A DNA stretch of 64,000 nucleotides. Origin: Cenarchaeum sp. (GTDB lineage Archaea > Thermoproteota > Nitrososphaeria > Nitrososphaerales > Nitrosopumilaceae). The position numbers were made by a program, and so were the translations under genes. The notes under the pieces were generated by a model that was not told the DNA's origin, searched no databases, and was given only the letters and a program-made list of their open reading frames with translations. Where the stretch lies: the NCBI GenBank assembly GCA_965242695.1, contig CBDESU010000001.1, forward strand, positions 1,856,001 through 1,920,000, read 5' to 3'. Below, piece after piece: positions 10,181-18,817 of this stretch (position 1 is its first letter; each line of letters opens with the position of its first letter).

Positions 10181-10311
10181 GAAAGGCCGGCGCAGGGGGC
10201 CCCATATCAAGATTCCGTCGCCGGGCAAAAGCGTGGCACGGGGCGGCGCAGGACGGCGCCGTGGGCGCGGCCGTCGAGGCGGTCGCCAGTGGCCCCGTCT
10301 GCAGGCCGATG

Positions 10312-10962
10312 CTATCCGGCGCCGGCCGACAGGGCGGCCCGCGCAAAGTGCACCCCGAACGGCTGGCAGTACACGACGGCCGTGTCGTACCCGTCAACCC
10401 CGAGGCCCGTAATGTCGTAGTTCTGATCGCCCCTGCTCCCCTTTAGCTTTGCGACGTGCACGCCGCCGTCGACGTCGCCGCCCCTTGTCAGGTACACGCG
10501 CAGGTCGGGCCCGTTAGTGACCTCGAAATCCTCAAACCGCAGGTATACGGCCCCGCCGGCCAAGACCACCTTGGCCGTCCCCTCCGCGCGGTGGCCGGCC
10601 ACCCCCTCGAACTGCCCCGTCCTTGTGACGCGCGCCTCTTCTTCCGGCCCCGCAGCGCCGGAGCCGGGCATCCCCTCGCCCGGGGCGTCCGTCGCCGCGC
10701 GCGCGGCGGCCTCCATCACCATGGATACGGTCCGCGCCGGCATGCGCCCTGCCAGCGGCGCCCTCTCGCCGTCGGGCATCGACGAGAACTCTTCGAGCGT
10801 CAGCCCGGCGCGCACCTCGCCGAGTGCCGCTTCCAGGCCCGCAGCGCCTGCGGGCGGCGGCTCGTCGACGACCGTATCGTAGAACAGGGGCGATGCAAGC
10901 GCGGCCGCGGCAACGGCCGCAGCAGCGGCCGCCCCCGCCGCAGCCCACAGTGCGCGCCGCAT
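10312..10962 (-). CDS. DM13 domain secreted protein
   Basis: Signal peptide; GHRAEGTAKV...LRFEDFEVTNGPDLRVYL...LKGSRGDQNY...YCQPFGVHF. Confidence 0.85.
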   Translation of the reverse strand: MRRALWAAAGAAAAAAVAAAALASPLFYDTVVDEPPPAGAAGLEAALGEVRAGLTLEEFSSMPDGERAPLAGRMPARTVSMVMEAAARAATDAPGEGMPGSGAAGPEEEARVTRTGQFEGVAGHRAEGTAKVVLAGGAVYLRFEDFEVTNGPDLRVYLTRGGDVDGGVHVAKLKGSRGDQNYDITGLGVDGYDTAVVYCQPFGVHFARAALSAGAG

Positions 10963-11007
10963 GCGGCGCGACGCCGCTGCCCCCGATATAGACCGTCCGG
11001 CGGGGAT

Positions 11008-13353
11008 CTATACGCCCGGCCCCGAGAGGTAGGTCGGCTTGTCCTCCCTGTACCCCATCTCGTGCGCCTTTTCCCGCAGCCTGCTCGCCTCGTCCGGGCG
11101 GCCCGTCTGTGCCAGGCAAGCGGCCTTGATCTCGTACGTGTCGGGAAACCACGGGACAAACCGGATCGCATCGTCGCAGGCCTTTATGGCGTCGGCCAGC
11201 CGGCCCATCCCGACGAGTATGCGGGCCCTCCCGACGTACATGAACCCCATGTCCGGCTCGATCCGGTTGGCCGCATCGCACGACTCGAGTGCATCTTCGT
11301 TGCGTCCCATGTCGTGCAGCACGAGCGCCCTCATGTAGTGCATGTGCGCGTTTGACGAGTTGAGCGCGATCGCCCTGTCAAGCGACTCGACGGCCTCGAC
11401 ATGGCGGCCGAGCGCCTGCAGGACGGATCCCCTCGCATAGTGCGCGTGGGCGTACGACGGCTCGGCCTCGACGGCCTCGTCCGCGGCCCGGAGCGCATCG
11501 TCGTAGCGGCCTGCCGTCGTGAGCGACATTGCCTTCGATGCGAGTATGTCGCCGTCCGGCCCGACGAGCCGCGCCTCCTCGTCGCATTCTTCGGCCGACT
11601 CCTCAAGCCGGCCCAGCCCGAGCAGGGCATGCCTCCTTGCCGTATGCCCGTCGACGTAGGACGGATCGATCTCGATCGCCCTGTCGGCCGACCGGAGCGC
11701 ATCGCCGTGACTCTTCTCCCCGACGGCCAGCGCGTAGCCGCGCGAGGCGTGCGCGACGGCCGACTCGGGGTCGAGCTCGATCGCCCTGTCCGCCGATGCG
11801 ACGGCCTCTTCGTGGCGGTCGAGCGAGGCGAGCGACCTGGACCGCCAGGCGTGCGCATCCGCAAGGCTCGGGTCAAGCCGGATGGCATCGTCGAGCGCCG
11901 CAATGGCCTCTTCGTGGCGGTTCGACAGGGACAGCGAGGCGCCCGCCTGGCAGCGCAGCGCGGGGCGGTCAGAGGCCGCGGCAGAGGCCGAGTCAAAGGT
12001 CTTGGACAGGTGCCCGGGTGAGGATGCGGGCGCGCCCCCGCGGCCGAGCTTGGCGAGCATCCCGTCCCTCATTGCAGCGGCGCTTGCAAACCCCGGCTCT
12101 ATCTCGAGGGCCCTCTCGAACGCGCCGAGCGCATCCTCGTGGCGGCCGAGCGAGTCGAGTATCAGGCCCTTGAGGTGCCACCCCGACGAGCGCTCCGGCT
12201 CGCACCCAATGGCGCCGCCCACTGGCGCAAGCGCATCCTCGTGGCGGCCGAGCATGTGCAGGGAGGCGGCCTTTCCAAAGTGGGCAAGGTAGTCGCCGGC
12301 GTTTGCCGCTATCGCCTCGTCGAACGATGCGATCGCATCCTCGTGGCGCCCCATCCCCATGAGCGCATCGCCCCTCTCTCGCAGCGCGTTCGGCTCGCGG
12401 CAGCCGAGGCGGATCGCCCGGTCGAGCGACTCGAACGCCTCCCTGCCGCCGCGGCCGGCGCCGAGCAGTGCGTTGCCGAGCCTGTACAGGTGGTACGCCT
12501 CGGTGATGGTTCCGGCCGCCTCGTCGGCCGCGGCGGCCATGACGTCGCCCCCGCCCCCCTCTTTCCTTCCTGCCCGAGGCGCGGCGCTCCGGCGCCGCCC
12601 CGCCTCCCTGATCTCCCCTATGGCCTCGTCGTGGCGCCCCAGGCGGGACAGCGACGAGGCGCGCGCGTAGCGCGCGTGCAGGTTGCCAGGATACCCGCGA
12701 ATCGCCTTGCCGAGCGCCTCGGCCGCCTCGGCGTGCCGTCCCAGTTCGGCAAGGGCAGAGCCCATCCCCTGGTGGGCCAGGTGCGTGCCCGGGTCGAGCC
12801 GTATGGCTCGGCCGAACGACTTTATGGCGTCCCAGTGGCGCCCTAGGGCGAACAGCGCGTTGCCCCTCCCGCAGTAGACGTCGGCGCTTTTGCGGCCGAG
12901 CCGTATCGCGCGGGCAAACGCCCTCTGCGATGCGTCGTGCCGGCCCATTCCGTACAGCACAAACCCCCTTCCAAAGTGCGCCTCGTGCATGCCGGGGTCG
13001 ATCTTGATCGCCCTGCGGTACTCGGCCAGGGCGCCCCTCTGGTCCCCGAGCCCGATCATGATGCGGGCTAGCGAGCACCGCGACGCGTAGCCGCCTGGAT
13101 CGGCCCCCGCGCCCCTGGCGATCTCCTCGCGGGCCTCCCGCACGCGGCCGAGCGCGATCAGGGCGGCGCACCTTCCGCTGCGCGCATCCTTGTATTCCGG
13201 ATCGAGGCGGATCGCCTCGTCGAACGCCTCTAGCGCCTCGGCGTTCCGCCCGCCCTTCAGGAGGGCCCCGGCCCTCTTGCAGTGATCAGCAGCCGCGCCG
13301 CCGCCCTTCTCCGGCCCGCCGCTGCCGCGCCCCGCCATGCCGGCGCCCTGCAC
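11008..13353 (-). CDS. Tetratricopeptide repeat protein
   Basis: Many LGRHEEA...AIRLDP 34-aa repeats. Confidence 0.9.
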   Translation of the reverse strand: MQGAGMAGRGSGGPEKGGGAAADHCKRAGALLKGGRNAEALEAFDEAIRLDPEYKDARSGRCAALIALGRVREAREEIARGAGADPGGYASRCSLARIMIGLGDQRGALAEYRRAIKIDPGMHEAHFGRGFVLYGMGRHDASQRAFARAIRLGRKSADVYCGRGNALFALGRHWDAIKSFGRAIRLDPGTHLAHQGMGSALAELGRHAEAAEALGKAIRGYPGNLHARYARASSLSRLGRHDEAIGEIREAGRRRSAAPRAGRKEGGGGDVMAAAADEAAGTITEAYHLYRLGNALLGAGRGGREAFESLDRAIRLGCREPNALRERGDALMGMGRHEDAIASFDEAIAANAGDYLAHFGKAASLHMLGRHEDALAPVGGAIGCEPERSSGWHLKGLILDSLGRHEDALGAFERALEIEPGFASAAAMRDGMLAKLGRGGAPASSPGHLSKTFDSASAAASDRPALRCQAGASLSLSNRHEEAIAALDDAIRLDPSLADAHAWRSRSLASLDRHEEAVASADRAIELDPESAVAHASRGYALAVGEKSHGDALRSADRAIEIDPSYVDGHTARRHALLGLGRLEESAEECDEEARLVGPDGDILASKAMSLTTAGRYDDALRAADEAVEAEPSYAHAHYARGSVLQALGRHVEAVESLDRAIALNSSNAHMHYMRALVLHDMGRNEDALESCDAANRIEPDMGFMYVGRARILVGMGRLADAIKACDDAIRFVPWFPDTYEIKAACLAQTGRPDEASRLREKAHEMGYREDKPTYLSGPGV

Positions 13354-13419
13354 GGACGCTTTTTATCCGTGCCGCGCGGCCGATCGCATCCCGCGTGCCG
13401 GGCCTCCGCGATCCTGCGC

Positions 13420-15003
13420 CTAGGGCCGATCCGCCTCGCCGCCGCGTTGCAGTGCGCGGAGGATGCCGGCCCGAATGCTGCGGCTCTTCCCGTCCTCCGG
13501 CCTGAGTCTCAGCGCCTCGTCGACCGACTCGAGGGCGTCCGCATGGCGGCCGAGGCTGCGCAGTATCTGGGCCCTCATGCGGTGCGCCGCATGCCTGGAC
13601 GGATCGAGGCGGATCGACTCGTCGGCCGACTCGAGGGCGTCGGCGACGCGGCCGGCGTCGAGTAGGATTGCGGCGCGGAGGCCGTACGACGGGGCGTCGC
13701 TTGGTTTGAGGCGGATCGCCCTGTCGACGGCCTTGGCCGCATCGGCGCAGCGGCCGAGCATCTGGAGCGAGTACGCCCGGGTGTAGCGCGAGGCGTAGTT
13801 GGCCGGATCGAGGCGGATCGCCCTGTTGACGGATGCAAGGGCCGCCTTGTGCCGGCCCTTGTCCCCGAGTATCACGGCCCGCAGGTGGTGAAACTCCCCG
13901 CTGTCCGGAACGCGGAGGATCGCCTCGTCGATCGCTGCGAGCGCCGCCCTGTGGCGTCCAAGGGCGCGGAGGGCGCGCGCCCTTGCGGCAACGTAGTCGT
14001 GCGCCGAGGGATCGAGTCGGATCGCCCTGTCGATGGCCTGCAGGGCCCCCTTGTGGCGGCCAAGGCGGCCTAGTATCTCGGCCCTCGTGCTGTGGTGGTA
14101 GGGCCGGTCGGGATCGGCCCGGATCGCCTTGTTGGCCGCCTGCAGGGCCTTTCCGTACCGGCCGTTGTTGCACATGACCATCGCCAAGAGGTGGTGATCC
14201 CGCGCGGGGCTCGAGTCGGATATCCCGGACTTGTTGGCCGCCTGCAGCGCCCCCCTGTAGCTGCCAAGGGCGTTGAGCAGGGCGGCCCTTGTGCGGTGGG
14301 CGTGCGGGTTTGACGGGTCCAGGCGGATCGACCGGTTGATCGCACCGAGCGCCTCCTTGCGGCGGCCGAGCGACTCTAGGATCACGGACCGCAGGTGGTG
14401 GGCAGTCGGATCGGACGAGTAGATGCGGATCGACCTGTTGATCTCCGAGAGCGCCTCGTCGTGGCGGTGGAGATGGTGCAGCGACCTTGCCAGCTCGTCG
14501 TGCGGCCCGGCCGCGTCGGGGTCGAGACGGGCCGCCTCGTCGGCCGCCTCTAGCGAGTCCTCGATACGGCCGAGGTCGCGCAGAATGCGCGCCCTCGTCG
14601 AGTGCAGCGGCGCGTCGTACGGGCTGGCGCGCACGGCCCCCTCTACGACGGCGAGCGCCTCGTCGAGGCGGCCGAGGGTGCGCATGATGTCCGCCCGCAG
14701 GCTGTGCATCTTTGGGTCGTACGGGACGCTGCGCCGCGCCGCCTCGTCGGCCGCCCCGAGCGCCTCTTCGTCGCGGTTCATGAACCAGAGCGCCCTTGCC
14801 CTCGTGGCGTGGACGCCCGGGTACGACGGCTCGAGGCGGATCGACTCGTCGGCGGCGGCAAGGGCCTCTTCGTGGCGGCCAAGATCGTGGAGGGCATCGG
14901 CCCTTGCGTGGTGGAGGTAGGGGTTGGAGGCGTCAAGGCGGATCGCGGCATCAATGGCGGCAAGATCCGCCTCGCGTGGGCTGCCGCTGCCCCCGCCCGT
15001 CAT
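13420..15003 (-). CDS. Tetratricopeptide repeat protein
   Basis: TPR repeats throughout; ATG 15003 chosen over the non-protein-like upstream extension. Confidence 0.85.
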   Translation of the reverse strand: MTGGGSGSPREADLAAIDAAIRLDASNPYLHHARADALHDLGRHEEALAAADESIRLEPSYPGVHATRARALWFMNRDEEALGAADEAARRSVPYDPKMHSLRADIMRTLGRLDEALAVVEGAVRASPYDAPLHSTRARILRDLGRIEDSLEAADEAARLDPDAAGPHDELARSLHHLHRHDEALSEINRSIRIYSSDPTAHHLRSVILESLGRRKEALGAINRSIRLDPSNPHAHRTRAALLNALGSYRGALQAANKSGISDSSPARDHHLLAMVMCNNGRYGKALQAANKAIRADPDRPYHHSTRAEILGRLGRHKGALQAIDRAIRLDPSAHDYVAARARALRALGRHRAALAAIDEAILRVPDSGEFHHLRAVILGDKGRHKAALASVNRAIRLDPANYASRYTRAYSLQMLGRCADAAKAVDRAIRLKPSDAPSYGLRAAILLDAGRVADALESADESIRLDPSRHAAHRMRAQILRSLGRHADALESVDEALRLRPEDGKSRSIRAGILRALQRGGEADRP

Positions 15004-15320
15004 GATCCCGCCTCCCCCTCCTCGGCGGCACGCGCGCTGTGCGGCGGACTGCGCCGCGATGCGAATCGTGACGCCGGCCGCCCGGCCGCGGCAGTCCTGC
15101 TCCGCCCCGCATTCACGCCGGCGCGTCCCGGACGGCCCCTTTATTCGTGCCGCGGCCGGCTGCGCGCATCTCCCGCGCGCCGCCGAACCGTTCGTGCGCC
15201 AAGGGCGAAGGCTCTGCCTGGTCGGCCCATGCGCAGGCGCGACGCTACGGCGGAGTGCATGCGATCGGGCAGGGACATAGATCGCCCTGGCGGTCGCCCC
15301 GCACGGCGGCCTCCTGCCGG

Positions 15321-15625
15321 CTAGGGCACGGCACACTGGGCGCTGTACGTGACGCTCTGGGTGATCGCATCTCCCTGCACCGCATCGTACGGAGTCAGGT
15401 TCAGCTTGAACCAGATATCCCTCAAGTCTCCGCCGCCGAGCCCCGCGGCCACAGCCGTCCCCCCGCCGACGGACGCGTAGGCGCCACCGGCGCTCTCCTC
15501 GCCCACCTCGGTCAGGCCGGCCGGCAGGGACGTGTCGATGCGCGCGACAAGGGCGCTTGATGCCGTGCCGTTGCCCGTTTCCGACACGCGGAAGGGCAGG
15601 GGCGAAGAAACACCCTGCTTCGAAT
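15321..15625 (-). pseudogene. Probable C-terminal remnant of a beta-rich surface protein
   Basis: LPFRVSETGNG...RDIWFKLNLTPYDAVQGDAITQSVTYSAQC reads protein-like but has no credible start. Confidence 0.4.
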
Positions 15626-15627
15626 CA

Positions 15628-16218
15628 TTAATCCGATCGAAACATCCCTCGCTTTTGGATCTCGCTGAACGCATCGTCTACGACTTCGTCGCGGCACCAC
15701 ATCTGCTCCTTTATCGCACCCCTCATCCAGTCCAAGTCCTTCCTGTAGTCTATGTTCATGTCGAGCAGGGACAGTGCCGCGCACATCCACTCGGCGCTCC
15801 TGCCTGACGCAAGGTCAAGGAACTCGCCGGTGCGGAACGAGGCAGGCATGCTGGGCTGCGCGGCCTCGTACACGGCGCGGTCCTCGCCCGAGAGCCTGTA
15901 TATCCCATCGGCCATCTCGTCGGAGACGGGCCCGTTGCTGAACGAGGCGAACTCGAACCCCATGTCAAGTCCATGGTACAGGGCCAAAAAGGCGCACTGT
16001 TCGATCCTGTCGACCACGACGAGGCCCCCTTCGCCGGCGGGTAGCGGCCGCTGCCCGAACTCGACGATCCCGTTTGCCGCCAGGAACTTTGTGAACCTAG
16101 CAAGGGGCGGCAGCATCTCGGGACGCGCCCTCATGCCGATCATGGCAAGGCGCTGCTCGCGCGTCAGGGTCGTGCGTTGCTGGACGCGGGCAGGAAACAC
16201 CATCGTTGCGAGCGCCAT
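15628..16218 (-). CDS. YwgA/Panacea (DUF4065)-like winged-helix protein, degenerate
   Basis: IEQCAFLALYHGLDMGFEFASFSNGPVSDEMAD resembles QKxxYL...F..y..GPYS. Confidence 0.55.
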   Translation of the reverse strand: MALATMVFPARVQQRTTLTREQRLAMIGMRARPEMLPPLARFTKFLAANGIVEFGQRPLPAGEGGLVVVDRIEQCAFLALYHGLDMGFEFASFSNGPVSDEMADGIYRLSGEDRAVYEAAQPSMPASFRTGEFLDLASGRSAEWMCAALSLLDMNIDYRKDLDWMRGAIKEQMWCRDEVVDDAFSEIQKRGMFRSD

Positions 16219-16606
16219 GGCCGGCCCACGCCAGTCTGCCCATTAAGGCTTTGCGCCCGTCAGGTTCCGCCCGCGGCGCGCATTCGGGCCCCTTCGCACA
16301 CGTCGACGCAGGGTACAGCGCCGCATGCCGAGGGAGGGACGGATCGGGCAGGGGTGACACTGCCAGCGTCGGCGCGTGGCCGCCTGCACCACAGCCGGCA
16401 GGTGGGAGGATATGCAGGGAGGAGACCAGGGGCCGCGTGCATGTTGCGGCCGGCCGCCTGGTCCGCAGTTCGCCGCAGGCCACGCTCCAGGCGCGCGACG
16501 ATTCGGCAGCGCCAGCGGTCCCGGGCCGGCCGGCATGCGGCGCCGCACCTGCCCGACCGCCGCCGCCGCCATGCTATTTACCCCCGCGCGCCGCCGCTGG
16601 CCCCGA

Positions 16607-17566
16607 ATGCACCAGGATCGCTCCGTCCTTGCGGCCATCGCCGTGGCCGCCTCGCCGATCATATTTGCGCTCGCCGCGTACCCCGACTCGCTCGCCATGG
16701 GGTGGAACCAGGGGAGGGGCGGATTCCTGTTCGGCCTCGCGTTCATCGCCGCCGAGCTCGTCGGGCTGCGCGTCTCGGTGCCCCGCTCCCGCATACTCGC
16801 CGCCATCCCCCTCGCGGCGGCCGCCATCGCGTACATTGCCGCCGTCGAAGGGGGCCTGCGCGGCGCCATAGAGGCGGCAGCCCCGGACTACGGCGTAGAG
16901 CTCGTATTCTCGTGGGTGTGGCTGTGGGACTATGCCGTCATTACCGCCTTTGTCGTGGCCGCAATGTCGCTGTTCTTTGGGAGGCGGTGGATAAGGATCG
17001 CCCCCGCCGGCCCCATATTCCTCGGCGGCAGCGCCATCATACTCGCCCTCGACGCCTTCTTTCCGTACGACTCGCTTGGCCCCCTCCAGTTCTTCGTGCC
17101 GTACCTGGTCGACCTCAACGTGTGGCTCGTCCAGCTCTTCGACCTGGGCGTCGCGACGGCCCGCGACAACCTCATGTTCCTCAGGGGCGACCACGGCCCG
17201 TTCGCGCTGCAGGTGTTCTGGCCGTCTGCCGGCGTGCACAGCGTCGTTATATACTCGCTCGTAATGATGGCGTTCCTGCTCAAGATGAACATACCCCGCG
17301 GCCGCAAGTCCGCCTGGTTTGCGATCGGCATCGCCGGCACGATAGGCGTCAACGTCGTGCGCATATTCGCCCTGTCGTGGTACGCCCTAAAGGTGACGAC
17401 GGACACCGCAAAGTGGGAGGAGTTCCACTCGGTCGCCGGCGAGATCATGTTCCTGCCGTGGCTGTTCGCGTTCCTCCTCGTCGTAATGCTCGTCGAGGGC
17501 AGGCGCCTGCGCAGGTCCGGCGCCAGGGAGGCAGAGGCCGCCGCGGGCCCGCAGCGGCCCCCCTAG
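16607..17566 (+). CDS. Thaumarchaeosortase (exosortase/archaeosortase family)
   Basis: Multi-TM; WNQGRGGF, FWPSAGVHS (Ser in place of catalytic Cys), NVVRI, FHSVAGE. Confidence 0.9.
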   Translation: MHQDRSVLAAIAVAASPIIFALAAYPDSLAMGWNQGRGGFLFGLAFIAAELVGLRVSVPRSRILAAIPLAAAAIAYIAAVEGGLRGAIEAAAPDYGVELVFSWVWLWDYAVITAFVVAAMSLFFGRRWIRIAPAGPIFLGGSAIILALDAFFPYDSLGPLQFFVPYLVDLNVWLVQLFDLGVATARDNLMFLRGDHGPFALQVFWPSAGVHSVVIYSLVMMAFLLKMNIPRGRKSAWFAIGIAGTIGVNVVRIFALSWYALKVTTDTAKWEEFHSVAGEIMFLPWLFAFLLVVMLVEGRRLRRSGAREAEAAAGPQRPP

Positions 17567-18721
17567 TCACGTGAACATGTCCATGCTGCTCTGGCCGCGC
17601 ATGTCGGAGAGCTCGGATATCCTCACGCCGAGGCGCCGGACGGGCGCCTCCTCCGCGGCCCCGCCGACGAGCGCATCGCGCAGCAGCAGCTCGGCCACTC
17701 GAATCATCTCGGACTTGTCGGCCGTCGGGGCCCGCAGCATGCGCGAGCGCGTCCTCTGCGACATGTCGGCCAGGACTAGCTGCACGCCGACGGACCGGAA
17801 CAGCTTGCGGTCGGCCGAGACCGATCCGTGCAGGTCGGAACAGAGCGCGGGCAGCGATCCGGCCAGGAAGTCGTACTCGGCCGAGTCGCGCTTGAGCGTC
17901 ACTATCCGGCTGTACTGCACCCTCGGCTCGCGCTCGGCGACGGGATCGCCGCTGCGGCCGAACGCGGCCGCGTGGATGTGCGCGCCGATCTTTCGCCCGA
18001 ACTCGCGCTGCAGTTCAAAGACGTCGGCGGCGCGCAGGTCGCCTATCTTTTGCATGCCCATCTCGGCCAGCCGCCTCTCGGTCTTGCCGCCTATGCCCGG
18101 TATGTCGCGTATGCCAACCTTGTCGAGGAAGGCCTCTACCATCTCGGGCTTTACGACGGTCAGGCCGTCGGGCTTGTTGTAGTCTGACGCAATCTTCGAG
18201 AGGAGTTTGTTCGGCGTGACTCCGACCGAGCACGTCAGGCGCGTCCTCTCGCGCACCGCGTTCTTGACCTTTTGCGCCGTATGCGATGCCTTTTCCAGGT
18301 CGCCGCCCGAGCTGCTCGTGACGTCGAGGTACGCCTCGTCCCTGCCGACGTACTCGAACGCGTCGGCAAACCCGCGCATCGCGTCCATGGCGGCCTGCGA
18401 GACGTCCGAGTAGTGGTCAAAGTCGGTCGGCAGGAACGCCGCCCTCGGCTCGGCCGAGAGCCGCCTCCTCGCGAACGCGATCGGCATGCCCGACTTTACG
18501 CCGTACTTGCGCGCCTCGTAGTTTGCGGTGGCGACGGCGCCGCTGTCGCCGCCCCTGCCCGAGAAGACGCAGACGACGACGGGGCCGGTGCGCAGCTCTG
18601 GGCGCCTCACCTCCTCGCACTGGGCGTAAAAGTAGTCAAAGTCGACGTGCAGTATGGCCCTCTTGTCGCCGGCCGCCGGGCCCCCGTCCCCGGCCGCCGC
18701 GTCGACGATTCCGATCGACAC
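17567..18721 (-). CDS. dinB: Y-family DNA polymerase IV
   Basis: HVDFDYFYAQCE, ATANYEARKYGV, GRDEAYLD, SKIASDYNKPDG. Confidence 0.95.
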   Translation of the reverse strand: MSIGIVDAAAGDGGPAAGDKRAILHVDFDYFYAQCEEVRRPELRTGPVVVCVFSGRGGDSGAVATANYEARKYGVKSGMPIAFARRRLSAEPRAAFLPTDFDHYSDVSQAAMDAMRGFADAFEYVGRDEAYLDVTSSSGGDLEKASHTAQKVKNAVRERTRLTCSVGVTPNKLLSKIASDYNKPDGLTVVKPEMVEAFLDKVGIRDIPGIGGKTERRLAEMGMQKIGDLRAADVFELQREFGRKIGAHIHAAAFGRSGDPVAEREPRVQYSRIVTLKRDSAEYDFLAGSLPALCSDLHGSVSADRKLFRSVGVQLVLADMSQRTRSRMLRAPTADKSEMIRVAELLLRDALVGGAAEEAPVRRLGVRISELSDMRGQSSMDMFT

Positions 18722-18817
18722 GCGCGCCGCAGGGCATGATCGATTATTACACTATCCGCCCGGGCGGGGCCCCGCCCGACGCACGCCGTATATAGGGAGC
18801 CGCGGAGGGCGCGGGCC

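Larger units (their letters stand above)
8950..10217. repeat. Tandem triplication of a ~443-453 bp promoter+gene unit
   Basis: Near-identical DNA blocks, e.g. ggtatctccgcggagcggtcaatgacctctcgg in all three units. Confidence 0.9.

Noticed and set aside
16607-17566. Sortase lacking the catalytic Cys as a novelty
   Set aside because: The Ser substitution is the known hallmark of thaumarchaeosortase
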